In this document: positions 41,251-50,475 of the stretch, in pieces
How the letters are laid out: every line of letters starts with the position of its first letter
How positions within the stretch are numbered: position 1 is the stretch's first letter
Assembly (NCBI GenBank): GCA_963798085.1
Contig: CAWCRS010000007.1
Coordinates: 928,001 to 992,000, forward strand
Direction: 5' to 3'
Length of the DNA: 64,000 nt
Source of the DNA: an uncultured Gemmatimonadales bacterium
Lineage (GTDB): Bacteria > Gemmatimonadota > Gemmatimonadetes > Longimicrobiales > RSA9
Translations under genes and position numbers: made by a program
The notes under the pieces: model-generated
The model's input: only the letters and a program-made list of their open reading frames with translations
What the model was told of the DNA's origin: nothing
Databases searched by the model: none

Positions 41251-41749
41251 GCAGTACCTCGGCAACAGGCGAAGCTTCGTGGCCCCACGCGCGCAGGCGC
41301 ACGAGTGCGCGCTGCACGAGCGATTCGATGGCGGACGCCACAGCCGGACTCAGCTCGGTGGACATGTCGAGCTTTCCCGGCTGCAGTCCGATCACCACGG
41401 TGTCATCCGGCAGCGTGCCGCGCAACTCGCAGAGGGCCAGCACCTCACGCAGATCGATCTGGTGCGGCGACAGCTTGAGGGAAAGGAAGCGGGGCAGTTC
41501 GGCGCGCTCCAGCTCGAGGAGTGTGCCCGGCTCGCGGCCGGCGTGCACGGCGTCGAGGATCAGCAGTCGATCGGTGTCATCGATGAGTGGCAGCAGATTC
41601 ATGCCCCAGGTGCCGCCATCCACCAGGTCGACGGCATCATCGAAGCGCCAGCCTTCCCGCAGCCGCTCGAGGGCGGCAATGCCAATGCCATCGTCGCCCA
41701 CGATCGGATTGCCCGCGCCGAGCACCAGTGTGCGCTGCACCTCAGGCAT
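41243..41749 (-). CDS. hydrogenase maturation protease (HyaD/HybD family)
   Basis: VLGAGNPIVGDDGIG, VDGGT, ILDAV, SPHQ. Confidence 0.93.
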   Translation of the reverse strand: MPEVQRTLVLGAGNPIVGDDGIGIAALERLREGWRFDDAVDLVDGGTWGMNLLPLIDDTDRLLILDAVHAGREPGTLLELERAELPRFLSLKLSPHQIDLREVLALCELRGTLPDDTVVIGLQPGKLDMSTELSPAVASAIESLVQRALVRLRAWGHEASPVAEVLRA

Positions 41750-42488
41750 CCTCGAAGTGCGCGTGCTCGGGAATGTAGCGGCCACCACTGAAGATGGCGC
41801 CGATATTGCCCTCGCGCTCGAGAATCGTCGAGCGCACCGCCAGGTAGACGTGTATGGGCACGAAGATGGCCCAGGTCCAGAGCAGCACGTGGTGCAGCAG
41901 GCGAACCAGCTGCCAGCCGCCCAGCAGCGGTCCCATCCAGCCGAGCGCGTGGAAGAAAACGCCGTTGGGGTTGCTCAGGCCATACAGCGCAAAGCCCGTC
42001 ACCGCCTGAATGAACGCCACCGTATACATGCCCGTGTAGCTGAACTGCTGCAGCGGATTGTGGCCCAGGTAGTGGGGTGCGCGTTCCGGCCTGATGGTCA
42101 CGTACGCCATGCCCTGCTTGAACAGATTCTTCCAGTCCTTCACCTGCACCGGGAACAGCGCCCTCCACGACTCGAACTTGTTCCCGAAGAACAGCCAGTA
42201 TACACGCCAGATGGAGACGGCCACGAGCAGCGCCGCCGCCAGGAAGTGAATGAACCGCATCCAGCCCATGAAGAAGGGCGAGATCTGCGGGTCTCCCATG
42301 GAAAAGAACGGTCGCCCAATGTAATACCCTGTCAGGCAGAGGACCACGATGCAGATCGCCGCCACCCAGTGACCAATGCGCAGCGGTACGCCCCACAGAT
42401 AGATCCAGCGGTAATTGCCCTCCTCCGGGTGTGGCTTGCGATCCAGCGCCCGGGGCGGCGCCGAGGCCGGCATGGGCGCGGTGCTCAT
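41742..42488 (-). CDS. cybH: Ni/Fe-hydrogenase b-type cytochrome subunit
   Basis: RIGHW, RFIHF, GHNPLQ, RLLHH, IHVY heme-ligand motifs; four TM helices. Confidence 0.93.
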   Translation of the reverse strand: MSTAPMPASAPPRALDRKPHPEEGNYRWIYLWGVPLRIGHWVAAICIVVLCLTGYYIGRPFFSMGDPQISPFFMGWMRFIHFLAAALLVAVSIWRVYWLFFGNKFESWRALFPVQVKDWKNLFKQGMAYVTIRPERAPHYLGHNPLQQFSYTGMYTVAFIQAVTGFALYGLSNPNGVFFHALGWMGPLLGGWQLVRLLHHVLLWTWAIFVPIHVYLAVRSTILEREGNIGAIFSGGRYIPEHAHFEDA

Positions 42489-44200
42489 TGGACCCTCACG
42501 CGTGTGACCTCTTTGCCCTCCGTGTCCAGGACGTGCACGCCGCACGCCATGCACGGATCGAATGAATGGATGGTGCGCAGGATCTCGATGGGCCGTTCCG
42601 GATCCACCAGCGGGTGGTTGTCGACCAGCGCCGCCTCGTATGGACCCATCACGCCCTTGCTGTCACGCGGCGAGCAGTTCCACGTGCTGGGCACCACGCA
42701 CTGGTAGCGCGAGATCTTGCCATCAGTGATCTCCACCCAGTGGCCCAGGCCGCCGCGTGGTGCATCGAGGTAGCCGTAGCCGCGTGCCGTCTTCGGCCAC
42801 GTCGACGGGTCCCACTTGTCCGGGTTGAAGGTCGCGACATCGCCGCTGCGGATGCGCGAGATCAGCTCGTTGTACCAGTTCTCCATGCGCCGGACAATGA
42901 GCACGGTCTCAATGCCACGCGCTGCCACGCGGCCCAGCGTGGAGAAGAGCGCAGCCGGCGGTGCGCCCAGCTTGCCGAGCGTTTCGTTCACCATGCCCTT
43001 CACGTCGGCATGTCCCAATGCATAGGCGACGAGCATGCGCGCCAGCGGTCCCACTTCCATGGGCGACTCGTCGTAGCGCGGCGCTTTCATCCACGTGTAC
43101 TTGTCGCTGTCCTGCAGGTATTGCCACGGTGTGGGCGGGCCCGCGTACTTCGGCTTCGTCTCGCCTTCCCACGGATGCAGCCCGGTGCTGTCACCGCCCG
43201 CGTATTCGTACCAGGAGTGCGTAATGTACTCCTTTACCTTCTGGTGATCGTACGGCAGCACCTCACCGAGGTTCTTGTTCATGATGATGCCACGCGGCAG
43301 GTACAGCTTGTCGATCTCGCGCACATCGCCTTCCGGCCACTCGCCGACAGCCAGGTAGTTGCCGGTGCCGCCACCGATGCCAGCCCAGTCCTTGTAGAAG
43401 CCGGCAATGGCGACCAGGTCCGGCCAGTACACCTGCTCCACGAACTCGCGTGCGCGCTTGATCATGGCGTGCACATCGATCAGACGTTCGGCGTTGATGG
43501 TGGCCGTGTCATCCACGTTGATGGCCGACGCCATGCCGCCCACCAGGAAATTCGGATGCGGGTTCTTGCCGCCGAAGATGGTGTGCACGCGGATCACATC
43601 GCGCTGCCAGTCGAGGGCTTCCAGATAGTGCGCCACACCCAGCAGATTCACGGCCGGCGGCAGCTTGTACGCGGGATGACCCCAGTAGCCGTTGGTGAAG
43701 ATGCCGAGTTGTCCGCTCTGCACGAAATTCTTCACCCGGTCCTGAACCGCGCGGAAGTAGGTGGCCGAGTTGTTGGGCCATGGCGAGATCGACTTCGCGA
43801 TGCGCGCGGTGTCTTCCGGATCCGCCTTCAGTGCGCTCACCACATCGACCCAGTCCAGCGCGTGCAGATGGTAGAAGTGGATCACGTGGTCCTGCACCAG
43901 CTGCATGCCGTGCACGATGTTGCGGATGATGTTCGCATTGGGTGGAATGCGAATGTCCAGCGCATCCTCGACGGCGCGCAGCGAAGCCACGGCGTGGACC
44001 ACGGTGCACACGCCGCAGATGCGCTGCGTGAAGGCCCACGCGTCGCGCGGGTCCCGGCCCTCCATGATGATCTCAATGCCGCGGAACTGTGTCGACGTGG
44101 CCCAGGCGTTGGCGATCCTGCCGTTGTCGGCCTGCACCTCAATGCGGAGGTGCCCTTCGATCCGGGTGATCGGATCGACAACGACTTTAGCTCTGGCCAT
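42485..44200 (-). CDS. group 1 [NiFe]-hydrogenase large subunit
   Basis: DPITRIEGH; L1 TQRICGVCTVVH; L2 SFDPCMACGVH followed by a cleavable tail. Confidence 0.97.
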   Translation of the reverse strand: MARAKVVVDPITRIEGHLRIEVQADNGRIANAWATSTQFRGIEIIMEGRDPRDAWAFTQRICGVCTVVHAVASLRAVEDALDIRIPPNANIIRNIVHGMQLVQDHVIHFYHLHALDWVDVVSALKADPEDTARIAKSISPWPNNSATYFRAVQDRVKNFVQSGQLGIFTNGYWGHPAYKLPPAVNLLGVAHYLEALDWQRDVIRVHTIFGGKNPHPNFLVGGMASAINVDDTATINAERLIDVHAMIKRAREFVEQVYWPDLVAIAGFYKDWAGIGGGTGNYLAVGEWPEGDVREIDKLYLPRGIIMNKNLGEVLPYDHQKVKEYITHSWYEYAGGDSTGLHPWEGETKPKYAGPPTPWQYLQDSDKYTWMKAPRYDESPMEVGPLARMLVAYALGHADVKGMVNETLGKLGAPPAALFSTLGRVAARGIETVLIVRRMENWYNELISRIRSGDVATFNPDKWDPSTWPKTARGYGYLDAPRGGLGHWVEITDGKISRYQCVVPSTWNCSPRDSKGVMGPYEAALVDNHPLVDPERPIEILRTIHSFDPCMACGVHVLDTEGKEVTRVRVQ

Positions 44201-45338
44201 GTCCGCCTTCCTTCCCGGTTGGAGGCTGCTGCACGATGGGCAGAGCCTTGCGCTGACGTGAACGTTGGACGCCGGTCGCGACCGCGTGCGCGGCAATGCC
44301 GGCGGTCACACCCAGCGCGAGCGCGCCGCCGATCCGGTCCACGCGGCCCTCGACACCGAAGCCCGCGACGTTGGGCAGCCGGCCGTAGAAGGGCGACATC
44401 GTATCCCAGAAGTGTCGCTCGGTGCAGCCAATGCAGGGGTGGCCCGCGCCAATGGGCCAGTTGGTGCCCGTGTTCCACATGAAGATGGGGCAGGGCGAGA
44501 AGGTCGCCGGGCCCTTGCAGCCCACGTGGTAGAGGCACCAGCCCTTGCGCGCCGCCTCGTCATCGAAGCGCTCCACGAACTGGCCGGCATCGAAGTTGGC
44601 GCGTCGCGGGCACTGGTCGTGAATGCGCGCGCCATACGCGAACAGCGGGCGGCCGTCATAGTCCAGCTCGGGCATGCGGCCGAACGTCAGGTAATGCACG
44701 ACCGTAGCCGTCACCACGTCGGCAATGGGCGGACAGCCCGCGATGTTAACAACGGGTTTGTTGCCGATCACCTGGGAGACGCCCACCGCTCCCGTGGGAT
44801 TGGGCCTCGCCGCCTGCACGCTGCCCCAGTGCGCGCACGCGCCCACCGCGATGATGGCGGCGGCGCCGGCGGCGGCTTCCTCGAGGATCTCCTTGACGGG
44901 CCGGCCGCCGATGGTCGTGTAGATGCCGCCGTCATTGAGCGGCACCGACCCGGTGACGACGAGCAGGTAGCTGCCCTTGTTGTCCGCCATCGACTTCTTG
45001 AGCGCGTTCTCGGCGGCGCTGCCCGCGGCGGCCATAAGCGTGTGCTGGTAATCGAGCGAGACCAGATCGAGCACGAGATCGCCGATGGACGGCTCACTGG
45101 TGCGGATCACGCTCTCCACGCAACCGGTGCATTCCTGCAGCTGCAGCCAGATCACTGTGGGTCGCTTCACCTGCTCGAGCGCGCGCACGAGTCTGGGCGT
45201 CATGGCAGTGCTCAGACCCAGCATCGCGGCGAACTTTCCGCACGACTCGACGAACTCCCGTCGTCCGATGCCCCTGCGCCTCGAATGCTCGCCCAGGGTG
45301 TCTCCGTCGATCCACGGTTGCGTGGAAGGAGAGAGCAT
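44187..45338 (-). CDS. group 1 [NiFe]-hydrogenase small subunit (Tat-exported, C-terminal TM anchor)
   Basis: GRREFVES Tat motif; ECTGC; GCPP; HDQCPRR; CLYHVGCKGP; WPIGAGHPCIGC; hydrophobic C-terminal anchor. Confidence 0.96.
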   Translation of the reverse strand: MLSPSTQPWIDGDTLGEHSRRRGIGRREFVESCGKFAAMLGLSTAMTPRLVRALEQVKRPTVIWLQLQECTGCVESVIRTSEPSIGDLVLDLVSLDYQHTLMAAAGSAAENALKKSMADNKGSYLLVVTGSVPLNDGGIYTTIGGRPVKEILEEAAAGAAAIIAVGACAHWGSVQAARPNPTGAVGVSQVIGNKPVVNIAGCPPIADVVTATVVHYLTFGRMPELDYDGRPLFAYGARIHDQCPRRANFDAGQFVERFDDEAARKGWCLYHVGCKGPATFSPCPIFMWNTGTNWPIGAGHPCIGCTERHFWDTMSPFYGRLPNVAGFGVEGRVDRIGGALALGVTAGIAAHAVATGVQRSRQRKALPIVQQPPTGKEGGHGQS

Positions 45339-45697
45339 GGCTCACCTCCGGTCACCGTAAGAGGATCCGGCGCCGGCTCCACCCGGACCGGCGTCCGGGG
45401 CGGGACACTGCCTCGGCCCCGCGCGCGCGCAGCTTCTGCTCGCCACAGAAGCCTCACGCGTCACATCGACCGCCGCGTGGTCGAGGGAGCGGCCACGGGG
45501 CCAGTCCTACGGCTGTGCAACGTGCCGCCACCTGCCCAGTTGTGCTGTCCGGCTACGGTGGATGCTCGTAAGCACGTTCCCACTTCGCGCGTGGGGGAAT
45601 TCCTTACCCCACCACCGCCGTGCGGGGCGCCACCCCTTCAGTTTCCGGGCGCCACGGGCCAGATTGCGCCGCGTCCACGAAACAGAGCGAGGGATCC

Positions 45698-48640
45698 TTG
45701 GAGCGAGCCACACCGGGACCGGTCACACCGCCGCCTGCCGACGAAGCGGCTGGCCGACAGGAGACTTTCTATCGCGGCCCCAGCGGGATTCACCTGGCTT
45801 CGTTTCCGCCCAGGGAGCGGTGGGAGGACTGGGCCGAGCTGGACTCCCGCGCGTGGCCCGAGCGTGTCGAGCGGCGCTACACGCTGGTGCCCACCACGTG
45901 TTTCAACTGCGAGTCCGCCTGCGGCCTGCTGGCCTATGTCGATCGCACGACGCTCGAGATCCGCAAGTTCGAGGGCAATCCGGAGCACCCGGGCTCGCGC
46001 GGCCGCAACTGCGCGAAGGGACCGGCCACGCTGAACCAGGTGCGCGATCCGGACCGGGTGCTGCACCCGCTGAAGCGGACGGGCAAACGCGGCGCGGGGC
46101 AATGGACGCGCGTGAGCTGGGATGAAGCGCTGGAGGACATCGCGGCGCGCGTCCGTCAGGCCATTGTGGATGGGCGACACAGCGAGATCATGTATCACGT
46201 GGGCCGTCCGGGCGAGGACGGGTACACGGAGCGCGTACTGGCAGCGTGGGGCGTGGACGGTCACAACTCCCACACCAACATCTGCTCCAGCGGTGCGCGC
46301 GCCGGCTACCACTTCTGGATGGGCCTGGACCGGCCCAGCCCGGACCATGCTAACGCCAGTGTTATCCTGCTCATCAGCAGCCACCTCGAGGCCGGCCACT
46401 ACTTCAACCCGCACGCGCAGCGCATCATCGAAGGCAAGAAGAACGGCGCCCGCCTGATCGTCTTCGACACCCGCCTCTCCAACACGGCCACACACGCCGA
46501 CTGGTGGGTGGCGCCCTGGCCCGGCTCCGAGGCCGCGATTCTGCTCAGCATCGCGCACTACCTCATCCGCAACCGCCTGTATAACCGCGAGTTTGTGGAG
46601 CGCTGGTGGAACTGGCGCGAGTATCTGGAGCAGGCGGGCGGGGACGTCGGCGGCCCGGCGGAAGGCGAGCCTTCCTTCGAGGACTTCCACCAGGCACTGG
46701 ACCGCCTGTACGCGGAGTACACGTTCGATTTCGCGGCGCGCGAGTCGGGCGTGGCTGCGCATACGCTCGAGGAAGTCGCGCAGGCGGTGGGCCAGGCGGG
46801 CACCCGCCTGGCCACGCACAACTGGCGCAGTGCCGGTTCGGGCAACCTGGGTGGCTGGCAGGTGGCGCGCACGCTGTTCCTGCTCAACGCGCTCATGGGA
46901 GCAGTCGCCACCGAGGGCGGCACCTTCCCCAACGCCTGGAACAAGTTCGTGCCCCGGCCCATTCACCTGCCGCCGCACCCGCCGCGCTGGAACGGGCTCA
47001 CCTGGCCCGCGGAATTTCCGCTGGCCATGTTCGAGATGTCGTTTCTGCTGCCCCACCTGCTGCGCGACGGTCGCGGCCGCCTCTCCGTCTACTTCAGCCG
47101 CGTCTACAATCCGGTGTGGACCAATCCCGACGGCTTCTCCTGGATCGAGGCGCTCACGGACGAGAAGCTGCTGGGCCTGCACGTGGCGCTCACGCCGACG
47201 TGGAGCGAGACGGCGTACTTTGCAGACTACGTGTTACCGATGGGCGTGGGCGCGGAACGACACGACGTGCATTCGTACGAGCAGTACGATGGGCAGTGGA
47301 TCGGCTTCCGGCAGCCGGTGCTGCGCGCCGCGCGCGAGCGCATGGGTGAATCCATCCAGGACACGCGCCAGGTGAATCCCGGCGAAGTGTGGGAAGAGAA
47401 CGAATTCTGGATCGAGCTGTCCTGGCGCATCGATCCCGACGGCTCGCTGGGCATTCGCCGCTGGTTCGAGTCGGTGCAGCGGCCCGGCGAGAAGCTGGGC
47501 CTGGACGAGTATTACGGCTGGATGTTCGAAAACTCCGTGCCCGGCCTGCCCGAGGCGGCGGCTGCGCAGCAGCTGAGCCCGCTCGCGTACATGCGGCGCT
47601 ACGGCGCGTTCGAGGTGGCGCAGCGTGTGGGCGCGGTGTACGAGCAGGAGGTGGCACGCGACGAGCTCGATGACCTGCAGGTCGATCGCTTCGGTCGCGC
47701 CTACACGCGATCGCCCAGGCCGGCCTCCCCTAACATCGTACCACAGCCGGTGCCCGAGCCCGATGCGGAGGGCCGGCGCGCGGCTGGCGTGCTGCTCGAT
47801 GGCAAGGTACGCCGTGGCTTCCCGACGCCCAGTGGCCGGCTCGAGTTCTGGTCGCGCACGCTCGCCGAATGGGGCTGGCCCGAATACGCGATTCCCACCT
47901 ACATCCGCAGCCAGATCCACCCGTCCAGTCTCGAGCCCGGGCAGATGCCGCTCATCTCGACGTTCCGCCTGCCCGTGCAGATCCACACGCGCAGCGCCAA
48001 CGCCAAGTGGCTGGACGAAATTGCGCACACGAATCCACTGTGGCTGCACACCAGCGACGCGGCTCGCCTGGACGTGGAGACCGGCGACCTCGTGCGGGTG
48101 GAGACCGCGATCGGTCACTTCGTCGTGAAGGCGTGGGTGACGGAGGGGATCAGACCGGGCGTCGTCGCCTGCAGTCATCACATGGGCCGCTGGCGCCTGC
48201 GCGATGGGCCCGGACAGCGGCAGATGATGGCGACCGCGGCGCTGGCGCATGACGGCAATGTCTGGCGCCTGTCACTCGAACACGGTGTCAGGCCGTTTGC
48301 CTCGAATGACGCCGACACCGCGCGGGTCTGGTGGACGGATGCCGGCGTACACCAGAACCTGACGTTCCCCGTGCAGCCGGACCCGATCTCGGGCATGCAC
48401 TGCTGGCATCAGGCCGTGCGTGTGCGCAAGGCCGGGCGCGGCAATGCCTACGGCAATGTTTCGGTGGACACGGCGAAGGCGCATGCCGCCTATCAGCAGT
48501 GGCTGGAGAGGACGCGCCCGGCCGATCGTCATTCACCGGATGGGACGCGCCGTCCCTACTGGCTCATGCGACCGCTCCGCCCCACGCGCGAGGCGTACCG
48601 CCTGGGTGTGCAGCCCGCCGCAGATCCACCGCACCGCTGA
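45698..48640 (+). CDS. molybdopterin oxidoreductase catalytic subunit (DMSO reductase superfamily, Psr/Phs/Arr-like), no Tat signal
   Basis: CFNCESAC...CAKG FeS motif; SWDEAL; HTNICS putative Cys Mo-ligand; ETAYFADYVLP; C-terminal molybdopterin dinucleotide domain (HTRSAN.KWL.EI); TTG start inferred from GAGGG RBS. Confidence 0.9.
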   Translation: MERATPGPVTPPPADEAAGRQETFYRGPSGIHLASFPPRERWEDWAELDSRAWPERVERRYTLVPTTCFNCESACGLLAYVDRTTLEIRKFEGNPEHPGSRGRNCAKGPATLNQVRDPDRVLHPLKRTGKRGAGQWTRVSWDEALEDIAARVRQAIVDGRHSEIMYHVGRPGEDGYTERVLAAWGVDGHNSHTNICSSGARAGYHFWMGLDRPSPDHANASVILLISSHLEAGHYFNPHAQRIIEGKKNGARLIVFDTRLSNTATHADWWVAPWPGSEAAILLSIAHYLIRNRLYNREFVERWWNWREYLEQAGGDVGGPAEGEPSFEDFHQALDRLYAEYTFDFAARESGVAAHTLEEVAQAVGQAGTRLATHNWRSAGSGNLGGWQVARTLFLLNALMGAVATEGGTFPNAWNKFVPRPIHLPPHPPRWNGLTWPAEFPLAMFEMSFLLPHLLRDGRGRLSVYFSRVYNPVWTNPDGFSWIEALTDEKLLGLHVALTPTWSETAYFADYVLPMGVGAERHDVHSYEQYDGQWIGFRQPVLRAARERMGESIQDTRQVNPGEVWEENEFWIELSWRIDPDGSLGIRRWFESVQRPGEKLGLDEYYGWMFENSVPGLPEAAAAQQLSPLAYMRRYGAFEVAQRVGAVYEQEVARDELDDLQVDRFGRAYTRSPRPASPNIVPQPVPEPDAEGRRAAGVLLDGKVRRGFPTPSGRLEFWSRTLAEWGWPEYAIPTYIRSQIHPSSLEPGQMPLISTFRLPVQIHTRSANAKWLDEIAHTNPLWLHTSDAARLDVETGDLVRVETAIGHFVVKAWVTEGIRPGVVACSHHMGRWRLRDGPGQRQMMATAALAHDGNVWRLSLEHGVRPFASNDADTARVWWTDAGVHQNLTFPVQPDPISGMHCWHQAVRVRKAGRGNAYGNVSVDTAKAHAAYQQWLERTRPADRHSPDGTRRPYWLMRPLRPTREAYRLGVQPAADPPHR

Positions 48641-48846
48641 GTCGCGCACGCGCGCGAGACTTGCCGAAATCCAGGCTGATGTGACCGGGCCGCAGACGGA
48701 CGCCGGATCGTATGCGACCCGGCGTTTGTCGTTTGCGGCGGTTGCCGCTCGAACCGGCCCACCCTATGGTCGGGGACGGGCAGGGATACGCTGCGCCCTC
48801 CCGGGATTCCGAACGGTGACACGAGCGCGGCGGGGGTGGTGTGTGC

Positions 48847-50388
48847 ATGGCGGTCGATCAGGGCGAGCCGGTTGGACCGGACCTGGCGCAGGGCATTACC
48901 GAGTCCGAACTGCCGGAGGGCAGCTGCCTGACAGGACATTTCGAAGGCGAGCCGGTAATGCTCGCACGCGTGCGCGGCGAGGTATTTGCCGTAGCGGCGC
49001 ACTGCACGCATTACGGCGGGCCGCTGGCAGAGGGGCTGATCAATGGCGAGATGGTGCACTGCCCGTGGCATCACGCGTGCTTCAGTTTGCGCACGGGTGA
49101 AGCCGTCAGCCCGCCCGCTCTCAATGACATTGCCACCTGGGGCGTGCGGCGGAGCGACGGACGTATTGTGCTGACGGGGCGAGTGGACGCGGCCCGTCCG
49201 CGTCGCACACCGGTCCGGAGTCCAGAGTCGATCGGGATCGTGGGCGCGGGCGCCGCCGGCAATGTCGCGGCGGAGACGCTGCGGCGCGAAGGCTACGCCG
49301 GACCCATTACCGTCTTCGATGCCGAATCCGCTTCACCGTACGACCGCCCGAATCTCTCCAAGGATTACCTGGCCGGAAACGCGCCCGAAGAGTGGATTCC
49401 GCTGCACCCGCCCGAGTTCTACGGCGAGCGCAACATCGAGTTTGTGCGGCAGGCCGTGCTGCAGCTGGATGCGGCGCAGCGCGCTGTGATGCTGGCGGAC
49501 CGAACGCAGCACCGCTTCGAAGCGCTCATCCTCGCGCCGGGTGCGGAAGCCATTCGTCTCCCCGTACCCGCGGATGCGGGTACGACGATGCTGACACTGC
49601 GTTCGCTCAATGACAGCCGCGCCATCATCGCCGCCGCCGCGGCCGGCGGGAGCGTTGCCGTCATTGGCGCGAGCTTCATCGGCCTGGAAGTCGCGGCGTC
49701 ACTGCGCCAGCGGGGTCTCGACGTGCACATCATCGCGCCCGAGCCTGTGCCGCTGGCGCGCATCATGGGTCCCGACCTGGGCCGCTTCATCCGCGAGCTG
49801 CACGAGGAACACGGTGTTCACTTTCACCTGGGGCGCACCGTGAGCCACGTGGGCAGCGATCAGGTCACGCTGGATGACGGAACGCGGATCGAGGCGGGCC
49901 TCGTGGTGCAGGGCGTGGGCGTGCGGCCGCGAACGACGCTCGCGCAGGAGGCGGGGCTCACGGTGAACAACGGCATCGTCGTGAACCAGTACCTCGAGAC
50001 GTCGGCACCGGGCATCTGGGCCGCCGGTGATGCGGCAGCGTGGCCGGACGCGCGCAGTCAGCAGCCCATCCGCGTGGAGCACTGGGTGGTCGCCGAACGC
50101 ATGGGCCGCACGGCCGCGCGCAACGTGCTGGGCCTGCGCACGCCGTTCACCGCGGCGCCGTTCTTCTGGAGCCAGCACTACGACGTGACCATTGCCTACG
50201 TGGGCCACGCCGTCGACTGGGATGAAGCCGAACTGGCTGGCGATCCCGCAGCGCGTGACTGCGCCGTGCGGCTGCGCCGGGACGGCCGCACACTGGCGCT
50301 GGCCACCATTTTCCGCGACCAGGCCAGCCTTGCGGAAGAGCTGCGCCAGGAGGCGGAGAACGCGCAGGCGGCATCGGCCGCTATCTGA
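48847..50388 (+). CDS. Rieske [2Fe-2S] domain fused to FAD/NAD(P) ferredoxin reductase (AIF-like)
   Basis: CTH..CPWH; GAGAAG; PYDRPNLSK; GASFIGLE; AAGD; RVEHW; PFFWS. Confidence 0.92.
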   Translation: MAVDQGEPVGPDLAQGITESELPEGSCLTGHFEGEPVMLARVRGEVFAVAAHCTHYGGPLAEGLINGEMVHCPWHHACFSLRTGEAVSPPALNDIATWGVRRSDGRIVLTGRVDAARPRRTPVRSPESIGIVGAGAAGNVAAETLRREGYAGPITVFDAESASPYDRPNLSKDYLAGNAPEEWIPLHPPEFYGERNIEFVRQAVLQLDAAQRAVMLADRTQHRFEALILAPGAEAIRLPVPADAGTTMLTLRSLNDSRAIIAAAAAGGSVAVIGASFIGLEVAASLRQRGLDVHIIAPEPVPLARIMGPDLGRFIRELHEEHGVHFHLGRTVSHVGSDQVTLDDGTRIEAGLVVQGVGVRPRTTLAQEAGLTVNNGIVVNQYLETSAPGIWAAGDAAAWPDARSQQPIRVEHWVVAERMGRTAARNVLGLRTPFTAAPFFWSQHYDVTIAYVGHAVDWDEAELAGDPAARDCAVRLRRDGRTLALATIFRDQASLAEELRQEAENAQAASAAI

Positions 50389-50475
50389 CAGCACGTTAGG
50401 ATGGCGCCCGTGGCCTGATGCGCCCGCACATCGGAATTGCGGTTGTCGGCCCATCCTGAGGCCAGCGCTGCGATA

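Noticed and set aside
42520..42570. Selenocysteine ([NiFeSe]) hydrogenase
   Set aside because: The L2 motif is DPCMAC with ordinary Cys codons and no in-frame TGA
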